Shown: positions 22,327-32,435, counted from the stretch's first letter. The stretch is DNA of 64,000 nt from Bacilli bacterium (GCA_024408095.1 JAKSVI010000002.1:2111-66110); one strand, 5' to 3'. Program-made: numbers and translations. The notes: a model not told the origin generated them from the letters alone.

Positions 22327-23712
22327 ATGCTAAAACACAGCTATTTTGACAAAATTACAAAAAATTATCAAAAGACTTTACTAAGTACATTAAAGGAATT
22401 TGTGCGTATAAATTCTCAATATGATGAAACTACGCAAAGTCCTGAAAATCCTTTTGGGAAAGGTGTTAGTGATGCCTTAAATTTTATTGCCAATCTAGCA
22501 GAACGTGATGGTTTTACTGTTAATAATTACGGCAATAAAGTTGTAGAAATTTTATATGGAACTGGCGAAAAAAACGTTACTATTATGGCTCATGCTGATG
22601 TCGTTCCTGAAGGTACAGGATGGCATGTTGAACCATTTGATACCACTATAATAAAAAAAGTAATTTATGGACGTGGTGTTGCTGACGATAAAGGACCATT
22701 ATTATCATGTTATTATGCTCTAAAGGCATTAAAAGAAAATAGCGCTTTACCTGAGAATTGCCAATATCGTTTTTTAGTTGGCGGTAATGAAGAAAGAGGA
22801 TCTTTGGGAATGGATTATTATTTCCATAAATTGAAAAAGCCTCAACCAACACTTGGATTTTCTCCTGATAGTGACTTTCCATTGATATTTGCTGAAAAAG
22901 GAATTATGAATTTTGAGGTTAATGGGAAAATCGATTTACCTGAGCTAATTTCTATAAGTGGTGGGGTTGCTAGTAACTCAGTTATTGAGAAGTGTGAAAT
23001 AAAAGTATCTTTAGATGAAAAATTTATTAGATACATATGCGACAATTATTCTCAAAAAGAAGCCAAAATTCATACAGAAGATGACATAACAACTGTTGTT
23101 TTTACAGGAAAATCAGCTCACGGCGCAATGCCTGAATTAGGTATAAATGCAGGTTATATGGCTATTAAATGTTTAGCAGGCTATTATAAAAATGAAAAGC
23201 TTATATTCCTTTCAAAATTGCTTTCAAAATTAGATGGATCCAGTTTTAATGCGTATTCTTCTAGCAGAGAAATGGGCCATAATAGCAGTAATTTAGGATT
23301 AATTTCTTTAATTAACTCAAAATTTTCTGCAACAGTGAATTTTAGATATGTCGAAACTTGTGATAAAAATGAATTATTAAATAATATTAGAGAAGCTTTT
23401 AAACCTTTTGAAATAAAAGTTGTATCTGAGTCGCCATTGCTATTTTATGCTAAAGATTCATCTCTTATTTCGACGTTATTGTCTGCTTATCAAGATGAAA
23501 CTGGTGATTTTAAAAGTAAACCTCTTGCAATTGGTGGTGGAACTTATGCTAAAGAAGCCGATAATGTTGTAGCCTTTGGCATGCAATTTCCTGGGTGGGA
23601 AAGTAACATGCATTCTCCGGGAGAATCTGTAAAAATAAGCGATTTATATAAAGGAATGAGCGTTTTTGCTCGAGCAATTTGTTATTTAGGAAAGAAAGCC
23701 AATGAGAACTAA
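22327..23712 (+). CDS. pepV: M20-family dipeptidase (PepV-like)
   Basis: HADVVPEG...W..PF, GRGVADDKGP and NEERGS motifs; 461 aa. Confidence 0.8.
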   Translation: MLKHSYFDKITKNYQKTLLSTLKEFVRINSQYDETTQSPENPFGKGVSDALNFIANLAERDGFTVNNYGNKVVEILYGTGEKNVTIMAHADVVPEGTGWHVEPFDTTIIKKVIYGRGVADDKGPLLSCYYALKALKENSALPENCQYRFLVGGNEERGSLGMDYYFHKLKKPQPTLGFSPDSDFPLIFAEKGIMNFEVNGKIDLPELISISGGVASNSVIEKCEIKVSLDEKFIRYICDNYSQKEAKIHTEDDITTVVFTGKSAHGAMPELGINAGYMAIKCLAGYYKNEKLIFLSKLLSKLDGSSFNAYSSSREMGHNSSNLGLISLINSKFSATVNFRYVETCDKNELLNNIREAFKPFEIKVVSESPLLFYAKDSSLISTLLSAYQDETGDFKSKPLAIGGGTYAKEADNVVAFGMQFPGWESNMHSPGESVKISDLYKGMSVFARAICYLGKKANEN

Positions 23713-24307
23713 ATTTAAAGCTTGGGCAGAGCCTTTTCTTAATGAACATCCTGAAGTTCAAATCGATCTTGAAAGAATTAAAAAAATGGATCAATTTTAT
23801 TTAGAAATTGGGTCTGGAAAAGGTGAATTTCTTGTTAAAATGGCATTGAATAATCCTGATAAAATATTTATTGGTGTTGAAAGAAATATAACGTGTTGTG
23901 GCTTTATTGCTAAGAAGTTAGTTGAAGAGAAATTACCTAATGTTTTTCTAATTCATGCGGATTTTGCAAGGATTTTTGATTATTTTAATGATAATTCTAT
24001 AGAAACAATTTTTCTAAATTTTTCAGACCCATGGCCCAAGAAAAAGCATCACAAACGTCGTCTTACTTCAACATTGTTTTTGGAACAGTATAGAAGAATA
24101 CTTACTAAACATGGAAAAGTTATTTTCAAGACAGATGATAATGAACTTTTTAATGACTCTATTGAGACCTTTAACGAAAATAAATGGAACATTTTAAGTA
24201 TCACAAATGATTATGATGGGACAGATCCTTTTGACTTTCAAACGGAATATGAGGAATTCTTTAGAAATGAAGGGACAAAGATAAATAGGGTGGTATTAGA
24301 AAAATGA
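23702..24307 (+). CDS. trmB: tRNA (guanine46-N7)-methyltransferase
   Basis: LEIGSGKGEFL SAM motif and FSDPWPKKKHHKRR. Confidence 0.9.
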   Translation: MRTKFKAWAEPFLNEHPEVQIDLERIKKMDQFYLEIGSGKGEFLVKMALNNPDKIFIGVERNITCCGFIAKKLVEEKLPNVFLIHADFARIFDYFNDNSIETIFLNFSDPWPKKKHHKRRLTSTLFLEQYRRILTKHGKVIFKTDDNELFNDSIETFNENKWNILSITNDYDGTDPFDFQTEYEEFFRNEGTKINRVVLEK

Positions 24308-24780
24308 TCACAAACTATGGTTTATTTAATCATCATGATGATAACAACGCTTTATTAATTCTTTTTAGCGACGATAAAGTTGATAATGAAAAGCAAATTA
24401 ATGGTATTTTTGTTTTATTCTCAAATAATAAAATTGTTGGCTATAAAATACCCGATTTTATTAGAATTGCAAAAATTAAGTATTCTGGAATAGTATTTTT
24501 ACCAAGCAATCCATTAATTGATGCGATTAATCACATATTATCAAATTGCAAATTAGAAACATTGGCTTATAAAAATGATTCAGGATATCATATAAAAACT
24601 ATTGATGGACAAAAATTTGTTTTTGCTGAAAAGGGAACGTTTTTAAGAGATGAAACAGTATCTAATGGCAGATGTTGTTCATATTTTGATTTATATATAG
24701 ATAATATAGAACCAAATAAGATTATTACGCTCGACAATCAAATTGATGATTTAGATTTTTTCAAAATGGAGGCTAAGTAA
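24304..24780 (+). CDS. hypothetical protein (possibly YtpR N-terminal/DUF4479-like)
   Basis: Clean ORF overlapping the trmB stop. The family guess is weak. Confidence 0.35.
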   Translation: MITNYGLFNHHDDNNALLILFSDDKVDNEKQINGIFVLFSNNKIVGYKIPDFIRIAKIKYSGIVFLPSNPLIDAINHILSNCKLETLAYKNDSGYHIKTIDGQKFVFAEKGTFLRDETVSNGRCCSYFDLYIDNIEPNKIITLDNQIDDLDFFKMEAK

Positions 24781-24781
24781 T

Positions 24782-25879
24782 ATGCTTGAAATTGAATTAA
24801 AAAGGGAAGGAAAAATATCACGTCTTACAAATAAAACATTCAATTTTGACCCTAAACTTAAGGATGGGTTTTATAGCGCTAATTATTTTTTAAAAAGCAA
24901 CAGAATAGTTAAAGAAAACGAACCTAACCATATTGTGACAATGCAGTGGTTCCAAAGAAGAGATGATTCAATGCTTTGTGGCGTTGATGAGGCAATTGCT
25001 TTATTACATACCTTTGCAATTTCTCCTGAAACGCTACAAATTGAAGCTATGAATGATGGAGATATTATTAATAATATGATGCCAGTTTTAAAAGTTACTG
25101 GTAAATACGAAAATTTTGGATTTTTAGAAAGCGTCATTGACGGAATTTTAGCTCGCAGAACAAGCGTTGCAACAAATGTAAGAGAAGTTTTAAAAGTTGT
25201 AGGTAATACTCCAGTATTTTCTATGGCTGACAGACAAGATGATTATCATACTCAAATTGGTGATGGATATGCTACTTTTGTGGCAGGAATTACAAAAATT
25301 TCTACTGACGCGCAAGGATTGTGGTGGGGCGGTAGAGGAATGGGTACAATGCCACATGCTTTAATACAAGTTTGTGGTGGTGATGTTTGCAAGGCTGCTG
25401 ACATTTATTTAAAAACATATCCAGATGAAAAGGTTACAGCACTAATTGATTATAATAACAATGTTGTCGTTGATTCTGTATTGTTGGCCAAACATCTTGG
25501 TCATAAATTAAATGCGGTTAGAGTTGATACCAGCAAATCACTAATTGATCATTATTTTGATAATAAAGACACTACGAGTTTTGATGCTCATGGTGTATGT
25601 AAAGAATTAATATTTGCCTTGAGAAAAGCATTAGATGATAACGGTTTTAATTTTGTAAAAATAATTGTATCATCAAGCTTTACTCCTGAAAAAATTCAAG
25701 AATGGACAAGATTAAATGTTCCGGTTGATATGTATGGTGTTGGCACATATTTTGTTAACAATATGACATGTGGATTTACTGGCGACTTAGTAATGCTAGA
25801 TGGAAAAGGCGAAGCAAAAGAAGGACGCGCCAATTATAATAACGATAAATTAAAAGTTGTAAATTATCCAATTTACTAA
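24782..25879 (+). CDS. nicotinate phosphoribosyltransferase family protein (short type)
   Basis: Type II PRTase-like sequence (GTMPHALIQ, VRVDTS, GVGT); 365 aa. Confidence 0.65.
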   Translation: MLEIELKREGKISRLTNKTFNFDPKLKDGFYSANYFLKSNRIVKENEPNHIVTMQWFQRRDDSMLCGVDEAIALLHTFAISPETLQIEAMNDGDIINNMMPVLKVTGKYENFGFLESVIDGILARRTSVATNVREVLKVVGNTPVFSMADRQDDYHTQIGDGYATFVAGITKISTDAQGLWWGGRGMGTMPHALIQVCGGDVCKAADIYLKTYPDEKVTALIDYNNNVVVDSVLLAKHLGHKLNAVRVDTSKSLIDHYFDNKDTTSFDAHGVCKELIFALRKALDDNGFNFVKIIVSSSFTPEKIQEWTRLNVPVDMYGVGTYFVNNMTCGFTGDLVMLDGKGEAKEGRANYNNDKLKVVNYPIY

Positions 25880-25904
25880 AAATATGCCTCTTTTGCAGTG
25901 ATTT

Positions 25905-27110
25905 TTAATTATTTATAACTTTTATAAATACTTTTTTGCCCTTACGAATATTGATGCCTTTATTGAGTTCGTCCAATTTTATTATTAAATTTGGATTAAT
26001 TATTTTTTGATCATTAATAGAGAGTCCGCCTTGTTCGATAAGCCTACGACCTTCCCCTTTGCTAGAAGTAAGTTTTGACAAAACCAATACATCTAATAAA
26101 TTTGTATCAGTTTCTACATGGATTATTTCTTTAGGCATATTTTCATCATTTGTTTTGCCAGAAAATAAATTTCTTGCTGATTGAAGAATTTCATCAGCTT
26201 TTGTTTTTCCGTGTACTAATTTAGTTAGCTCATATGCCAAAATTTCTTTCATTTCATTTATTCGTTCACCTGGCCAACTTTCCATTTCTATAATTTGTTC
26301 AAGTGGAAGAAATGTTAATAATTTTAGGCATTTTATAACATCATTGTCATCTATATTTCTCCAATATTGAAAAAATTCAAATGGTGTCGTTTTTCTCTCA
26401 TCAAGCCAAATAGCGCCATTTGCAGTTTTTCCCATTTTTTTGCCTTCACTATTTAAAAGCAAAGTAATAGTCATCGCATAGGCATCTTTTCCTGTCTTTT
26501 TCCTAATGAGTTCTGTGCCGCCGAGCATATTACTCCATTGATCGTCTCCACCGAACTGCATATTACAGCCATATTTTTGATTTAAATAATAGAAATCATA
26601 TGACTGCATAAGCATATAATTGAATTCTAGAAATGATAAACCTTTTTCCATTCTCTGCTTATAGCATTCTGCTCTTAACATATTATTAACAGAAAAACAT
26701 GGTCCAATATCTCTTATAAATTCAACATAATTTAAATCTAATAACCAATCAGCATTATTTGCGACTATTGCTTTATTAAAGTCGATAAAGCGAGACATTT
26801 GTTTTTTGAAACATTCACAGTTATTTTCTATTGTGGCCTTATCAAGCATTTGTCTCATATCGCTTCTACCACTTGGATCCCCAATATATCCAGTGCCTCC
26901 GCCCAATAATACGATAGGGGTATTACCGGCTTCTTGAAGTCTTTTCATCAGACATAAGGCCATAAAATGACCGACATGCAATGAATCTGCGGTTGGGTCA
27001 AAGCCTATATAAAATTTTGCATTACCGTTATTGATTAATTCCTTTATTTCTTTTTCATCGGTTACTTGAGCAATTAATCCTCTAGCCTGTAACTCTTCAT
27101 AAATTTTCAT
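25905..27110 (-). CDS. tyrS: tyrosine--tRNA ligase
   Basis: HVGH and KMGKT motifs, with a C-terminal S4-like domain. Confidence 0.97.
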   Translation of the reverse strand: MKIYEELQARGLIAQVTDEKEIKELINNGNAKFYIGFDPTADSLHVGHFMALCLMKRLQEAGNTPIVLLGGGTGYIGDPSGRSDMRQMLDKATIENNCECFKKQMSRFIDFNKAIVANNADWLLDLNYVEFIRDIGPCFSVNNMLRAECYKQRMEKGLSFLEFNYMLMQSYDFYYLNQKYGCNMQFGGDDQWSNMLGGTELIRKKTGKDAYAMTITLLLNSEGKKMGKTANGAIWLDERKTTPFEFFQYWRNIDDNDVIKCLKLLTFLPLEQIIEMESWPGERINEMKEILAYELTKLVHGKTKADEILQSARNLFSGKTNDENMPKEIIHVETDTNLLDVLVLSKLTSSKGEGRRLIEQGGLSINDQKIINPNLIIKLDELNKGINIRKGKKVFIKVINN

Positions 27111-27121
27111 AGTTAAATCTC

Positions 27122-27350
27122 CTTAAAAATATAAAAGTCCTCTCCAGAGGACGAATTATCGTGGTACCACCTCAGTTTAGAAACAATATGTTTCCCTTAT
27201 TTTTCGAATTTCGATCGCAACTCGGCAAAGCCTACTATATTCAGCCTGCAGCTCCAGAATGTATTCATATTTATGCTTTTAATATCTTTTCACCAGCCAG
27301 ATACTCTCTTATAAAAGAAATAAATACTACTTGTTTCTTTCTACGCCTTA
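27122..27350 (-). promoter_or_regulatory. T-box leader (tyrosine specifier) with intrinsic terminator
   Basis: The minus strand reads AAACTGAGGTGGTACCACGATAATTCGTCCTC, the T-box consensus. This is followed by the GTCCTC/GAGGAC terminator and TTTTATATTTTT. An AGAGAG element and a candidate UAC-A specifier (27263-27261) lie upstream. Confidence 0.85.
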
Positions 27351-27382
27351 TAAATAAAATATACCATATTTTTTGAAAATCA

Positions 27383-27419
27383 AATAAAAAAACCAGCGAA
27401 AATCGCTGGTTTTATTTTA
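27383..27419 (-). terminator. rho-independent terminator after rpsD
   Basis: AACCAGCGA / TCGCTGGTT 9-bp stem with a 3-nt loop; the T-run is on the minus strand. Confidence 0.85.
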
Positions 27420-27428
27420 GCTATGATA

Positions 27429-28034
27429 TTAGAGTTTGCGGTTGTAGAATTCAACGATTTGTGATTCGGTGATATCTTTTGGTAATTCATCACGATTTGG
27501 TTCGCGGATAAATTTGCCAGATAATTTTTCAGCATTGACTTCAACATAAGCAATTTTGGTTGCTACTGAAGATAAAGCCTCTTTAATTACCTTCATATCT
27601 TTGGCGTTTTCTCTAATGGAAATAACGTCTCCAACATTGCAAAGAGCACTTGGGATATCAACCTTTTTGCCATTGACTTCAATGTGACCGTGATTCACTA
27701 ATTGTCTTGCACCTTTTCTGGTACGAGCAAAACCCATTCTGTAAACTAAGTTGTCGAGACGGCTTTCTAATAGTTTCATAAATGCAAAGCCAGTAACTTC
27801 TTTACTTGCTAATGCAATCATGAATAATCTACGGAATTGTCTTTCGTTAACTCCATACATTTGTCTGAGTTTTTGTTTTTCAACCAACTGTTTGCCGTAT
27901 TCTGAAGGTTTTTTCTTTCTATTAGCACCATGTTGGCCAGGTCCATATGGGCGTTTTTGTAATTCTTTGCCTGTTTCTAATGTAGAAAAACCTAAACGAC
28001 GGCTTCTTTTCCAGTCTGATCCAGTATATCTCAT
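27429..28034 (-). CDS. rpsD: 30S ribosomal protein S4
   Basis: MRYTGSDWKRSRRLG start. I chose the ATG at 28034, preceded by GGAAGGA, over the ORF-track start at 28067. Confidence 0.95.
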   Translation of the reverse strand: MRYTGSDWKRSRRLGFSTLETGKELQKRPYGPGQHGANRKKKPSEYGKQLVEKQKLRQMYGVNERQFRRLFMIALASKEVTGFAFMKLLESRLDNLVYRMGFARTRKGARQLVNHGHIEVNGKKVDIPSALCNVGDVISIRENAKDMKVIKEALSSVATKIAYVEVNAEKLSGKFIREPNRDELPKDITESQIVEFYNRKL

Positions 28035-28227
28035 GATATATCCTTCCTTTCCTTTATTTTCTTGCAAAATAATGAATAGGTGTAGATTCCGAATCTCCGG
28101 GTGTTTGATAATTGTTTCACCTCATAGCTTTGGTTACTTCGTTTTTGCATCAAACGTCTGACAAGATGTATCTACATGCTGCATTATATGCAGTTAATAA
28201 TATATAAAAATTGAAAAAGTCAGTCAA
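28035..28227 (-). promoter_or_regulatory. rpsD promoter plus structured 5' leader (candidate S4 autoregulatory leader)
   Basis: -35 TTGACT (28227-28222), a 17-nt spacer, and -10 TATATT (28204-28199). The roughly 160-nt leader contains hairpins CTGCAT-ATA-ATGCAG and AGATTC/GAATCT, plus long-range GTAGAT/ATCTAC complementarity. Confidence 0.45.
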
Positions 28228-28246
28228 TAGTTTTTGTAAAAAAATA

Positions 28247-29395
28247 TTATCTATGGGAAATCATCCTTGGTCCAAAACTTCTAACAAAAACTTCTGTAAC
28301 GTTATTTGAACCATAATATTTAGACATCTTATTAATAAATTTTTGCTTATATGAGATTGGAACAAGGCAAATAATCGAGCCAGCAAATCCGCCTCCATTA
28401 ATTTTGCACGCTCCATGGCCTTCCAATATTTCCATGGCTCTATCACAGGCTTGGAGAGGAGAACCATCATATTGTCCTTCAACCATCATGTTTTGTAGGT
28501 CATTTGTAGAACTTAAGCGAGACTCGTTAATCATCTTTAAAAATTTATTTTCATCGATCTCTTTCAAAGCCTTAATAGCAGTAAGGACTCTTTGGTTTTC
28601 GGTAAAGAAGTGAAGTGAACGAGACTTTTCCAATTTGGTCAAATTATGAGGATTGGAAATTTCTCGAGGAGAGCATTCTCTTAGAAAGTTATGACCCATT
28701 TTCTTTGCAGCATTATACATGTCTTCAGGGATTGAAGAATATAGATTATTTAATGTTGAATGATTGCCGCCTGTATTAACTGAGACAAAACATAAATCGT
28801 CAAAAGGAAAGCCAATTTGCTCTACTTTTGGGTTATTAATATCTTTAAAATCGATTGAGACAATGTTTCCAAAACCAACACCAATTTGATCTAGTAAACC
28901 ACTTTTTTTGCCAAAATAATTATTCTCAGAAAACTGTCCAGCTTTGCATAAAGTGAGTCGGTCAATTTCTCCTTTATTGAACAAAACATTGAAAATTTGT
29001 CCAATCAAAAGCTCGAAAGCAGCACTTGAAGAAAGACCGGCACCTGGATAAATAGTGGAATAAGTAGAAGCATCAAATCCCCCAACTTTATATCCTTTAT
29101 CCACTAAATATTTTGCAACACCTCGAATCATTGCTGCGCTCTTATTTTCAGTCTCATTTATCTCAAAAGAGGTTAAATCCATATTTACAGGTTCAAAGCC
29201 AAAAGAATACAAATTTATTTTCAAATCGCGACGTTTGCTAACCCCCGCAGTTATACATAAATCACTAGTCGCAGCGAGGCATAATCCATGATTGTGGTCT
29301 GTGTGATTGCCAAGAATTTCAAACCTTCCTCCACAATCAAAAACAGTTTCTGGTAATGTGTTAAAATTTTTTTTGTAAAACGCTTTTATATTCAT
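28247..29395 (-). CDS. galK: GHMP-family sugar-1-kinase (galactokinase-like)
   Basis: GRFEILGNHTDHNHG (divergent galactokinase signature) and the PGAGLSSSAAFE ATP motif; 382 aa. Confidence 0.75.
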   Translation of the reverse strand: MNIKAFYKKNFNTLPETVFDCGGRFEILGNHTDHNHGLCLAATSDLCITAGVSKRRDLKINLYSFGFEPVNMDLTSFEINETENKSAAMIRGVAKYLVDKGYKVGGFDASTYSTIYPGAGLSSSAAFELLIGQIFNVLFNKGEIDRLTLCKAGQFSENNYFGKKSGLLDQIGVGFGNIVSIDFKDINNPKVEQIGFPFDDLCFVSVNTGGNHSTLNNLYSSIPEDMYNAAKKMGHNFLRECSPREISNPHNLTKLEKSRSLHFFTENQRVLTAIKALKEIDENKFLKMINESRLSSTNDLQNMMVEGQYDGSPLQACDRAMEILEGHGACKINGGGFAGSIICLVPISYKQKFINKMSKYYGSNNVTEVFVRSFGPRMISHR

Positions 29396-29563
29396 AAAAA
29401 AATAATATCACAAATTGTATATTCAAATCAGCATTATTTATTAGAACTTGTACTTTTGGTAAGATATAAAATCTAAATAATTAATAGAGAAAATAGACGT
29501 TAATTATGGATAATATTTGTAGAAATCACTTAAAAGTGATGATAAGATAATACAGAGGAATTT

Positions 29564-31291
29564 ATGATATTATTGTCCGAAGGTGCAAAAATTGGATTAA
29601 TAGTTGGCGTTAGTGTTGGTGCTATTTTTATTGTTGCCCTAACTATTATTTTGTATTTATTTATCTTCTCAAAATTGCGATATAAGAAACAAATTAAGGA
29701 TTTAGGAAAAAAGTTTTCTTTTTCTGATGCATTGTTAGTTGGACAAGACAGCCAATATGTTCATCGTTTAGAAATTGTTAGTAGAACAAACCTTTTATAT
29801 GTTGATAAATACGAAACGTTTTCTGCAAGATTTAAAGAATTATATGACAATGATGATAAATTTGCAGAATCGATGTTGAAACAGCTCAACTCTCTTGTTA
29901 AAAATAATCAATATCACCAAATAAAATCTGTAATTAATATCGCAAAAAACGCAATTGATTCCTTTGAATTAAAAGTTAACGCTTTTGATAAGGATTTATA
30001 TGAAGTAATCAAATTAGAAGATGATGCACGTGCTGAAATCTTCAAATTAAAGGAGAAATATCGTATTGCCAAACAATCATTTTATGTTGTCTCAAATGAT
30101 ATTGAACTTGTCTCACAATCATATCAAAAAGCATTTGACAAATTAGATAAATGTTTTACCGATATAGAAACCTATATTGATGCTGCAAATTATGATGAAT
30201 GCGCCAAAAATATTCCAATTATCGACAAAGTTATCGACTCTTTAGGTAATTCTTTGAATGAAATGCCAAATATCTGTGCTCTTTTGCAGAATGTTATTCC
30301 TAATAAAATAAGACAATTATCAGATCAATATAAACAAGTTGAAAGAGAAGGAATTCCATTATTCCATTTATGTTTTAAATCAACAGTTGAACTTTGGAAT
30401 TTAAAAATTAAAGAAATGAAGAAAAAGGCTCAAGCTTTAGACATTAAAGGGATGGCCGAAGTCTGTTATTCAATTGAACAAAAAATTGATGAAGTAAATA
30501 CACAATTATTTAAAGAAAAAGAAAAACGCAGTGAATTTGAAGAAAAATACGAGCCTCTTTATAGAGATGTGATAAAAATCGAAAATGAATTTGTTAAAAT
30601 TTGCTCTTATATTCCAAAAATTAAAAGCGTTTATTCAATTAACGACGATGAATTAACGAAAATTAACGAATTACGAGACAAAGTTAATTTAATGAGTAAT
30701 TATAAAAGAATTTTAGAAGGCTTTATGCATAGTGGCACAAAGCAACCTTATTCTTTATTGATGGATAAGCTAAACGATTTGGGTGCAGCGTTTGATGATG
30801 TCAATACTTCAATAAATGATTTCAAATGTTATATTGAAACCTTAAAATCAAGTGCCGAAGAAGCGCACCAAATGATTAGAGTATATTTTTATCGCGCCAA
30901 ACAAGTTGAAGCAAAATTAAGATTACTTAATATTTCATCTTTGTATGAGGCATATAATGTCCAGCTTGATAGCGTTTATGTTTTATTAAATGATTTAAAT
31001 GATTTACTTGAAGCGACTCCAATTGATATAGGCTCTGTAACAGAACAATTAGAAAGGCTTAAAAATCTTGCAAATGTTCTATTTGAAGACATCGAACATA
31101 AATTTAATAGTGCAAAATTGGCGGAAAGTGCAATAGTTTACGCCAATAGAGATCGTTATCATCAAAATGATGTTGATCAACAACTCAGTCAATTAGAAAA
31201 GGAATTCTTTATGGGCGATTTTGATAAAGTTTACACTAACGCTTCAGCCATTTATAAAAGAAGTCATATTGAGGACAATACGAATGCCTGA
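29564..31291 (+). CDS. ezrA: septation ring formation regulator EzrA
   Basis: Single N-terminal TM helix followed by about 540 aa of coiled-coil repeats. It sits next to nifZ-thiI and rpsD-tyrS, as in B. subtilis. Confidence 0.8.
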   Translation: MILLSEGAKIGLIVGVSVGAIFIVALTIILYLFIFSKLRYKKQIKDLGKKFSFSDALLVGQDSQYVHRLEIVSRTNLLYVDKYETFSARFKELYDNDDKFAESMLKQLNSLVKNNQYHQIKSVINIAKNAIDSFELKVNAFDKDLYEVIKLEDDARAEIFKLKEKYRIAKQSFYVVSNDIELVSQSYQKAFDKLDKCFTDIETYIDAANYDECAKNIPIIDKVIDSLGNSLNEMPNICALLQNVIPNKIRQLSDQYKQVEREGIPLFHLCFKSTVELWNLKIKEMKKKAQALDIKGMAEVCYSIEQKIDEVNTQLFKEKEKRSEFEEKYEPLYRDVIKIENEFVKICSYIPKIKSVYSINDDELTKINELRDKVNLMSNYKRILEGFMHSGTKQPYSLLMDKLNDLGAAFDDVNTSINDFKCYIETLKSSAEEAHQMIRVYFYRAKQVEAKLRLLNISSLYEAYNVQLDSVYVLLNDLNDLLEATPIDIGSVTEQLERLKNLANVLFEDIEHKFNSAKLAESAIVYANRDRYHQNDVDQQLSQLEKEFFMGDFDKVYTNASAIYKRSHIEDNTNA

Positions 31292-32435
31292 TAACCGCTT
31301 CATCTACCTAGATAATGCAGCCTCAACTACAAATGATGAAAGCGTTCTTGATGTTTTCGTTGATTCAACCAGAAATTATTTTGCTAATCCATCTAGTATT
31401 CACGCGGAAGGTCAAAAAGGGGCTGATATGCTTCAAAAAGCCCATAGAGATTTAATTAAAGCGATGGGTTTAGATGGTTTTGAAGCTATTTTAACTAGTG
31501 GTGCAACTGAAGCTAACAATCTTGCCATTAAAGGTTATTGCCTAAAAAACAGACGCCGTGGTAATCATATTGTAACTTCTGCGATTGAACACCCATCTGT
31601 TCTTGAAACAGTCAAGCAAATGTGTGAAGAACTTGGATTTGAAGCGACCTATGTTTTACCGAATAAAGATGGCATTGTTACACTCGAATCTGTTCAAAAA
31701 GCTATAAGAAAAGATACAATTTTAGTTTCTATAATGCATGTAAATAATGAAACTGGGACTGTCAATCCTATACAAGAAATTGGCAAATATTTAAGACAAT
31801 TTCCAAAAATAGCATTTCATGTCGATGGGGTACAAGCTTTCGGCAAGTTTAGAAAAAAAGCAGACATAAGTGATGTTGATATGTTTTCGATAACCGGACA
31901 CAAAATTCATGGTTTGATGGGCTGTGGTGCTTTAATTAAAAGAAAAAATATTGGACTAATGCCTTTATTTAGCGGTGGTGGTCAAGAAGGTGGATATCGT
32001 AGTGGTACCAATGATTTAGCGCATGCAAAAGCCTTTATAAAAACAGTTGATGTAGCTTTTAAAAATAGAGTGCAAAACTTCGATAATATGATGATTTTGG
32101 CGAATAAATTGGTGTCATATTTATTAGAACATAAAGATTTATATGAAGTTAATTCAGTTTTGCCCATTGTAAATCCTTATATTATTAATTTTTCGACGTT
32201 AACCAAAAAAGCTTCTGTCGTTGTTGAAGCATTATCAAACGAAGGCATCATGGTTTCCAGTGTTTCTGCGTGCCATTCTTCCAAAGAAAAAGAATCTTAT
32301 GTCGTAAGAGCAATGGGAAAATCAGAACAAATTGCAAGGAACACTATTAGAGTAAGTTTTGATAGCGAAAATACTTTAGAAGATGTCGAAATTTTTATAG
32401 AAACTCTCGATAATATTATTAAGAAGATTAGATAG
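31284..32435 (+). CDS. nifZ: cysteine desulfurase (NifZ/IscS-type, class V aminotransferase)
   Basis: IYLDNAAST start, ITGHKIHG PLP-lysine motif and SACHS active-site Cys. I chose the ATG at 31284. Confidence 0.85.
   Translation: MPDNRFIYLDNAASTTNDESVLDVFVDSTRNYFANPSSIHAEGQKGADMLQKAHRDLIKAMGLDGFEAILTSGATEANNLAIKGYCLKNRRRGNHIVTSAIEHPSVLETVKQMCEELGFEATYVLPNKDGIVTLESVQKAIRKDTILVSIMHVNNETGTVNPIQEIGKYLRQFPKIAFHVDGVQAFGKFRKKADISDVDMFSITGHKIHGLMGCGALIKRKNIGLMPLFSGGGQEGGYRSGTNDLAHAKAFIKTVDVAFKNRVQNFDNMMILANKLVSYLLEHKDLYEVNSVLPIVNPYIINFSTLTKKASVVVEALSNEGIMVSSVSACHSSKEKESYVVRAMGKSEQIARNTIRVSFDSENTLEDVEIFIETLDNIIKKIR

Noticed and set aside
27751-28161. 136-aa plus-strand ORF across rpsD and its leader, and a 71-aa ORF at 27161-27376.
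   Set aside because: The first is antisense to rpsD and its leader. The second lies within the tyrS T-box leader on the opposite strand. Both regions are better explained by the RNA elements and the S4 gene.
29374-29390. cre/LacI-operator-like palindrome TGTAAAACGCTTTTATA just inside the galK-like gene.
   Set aside because: The arms match at 6 of 7 positions, but the spacing is 1 nt longer than the cre consensus TGNAANCGNTNNCA. It lies in coding sequence (codons for KAFYKK). Chance occurrence in AT-rich DNA cannot be excluded without a genome-wide scan.
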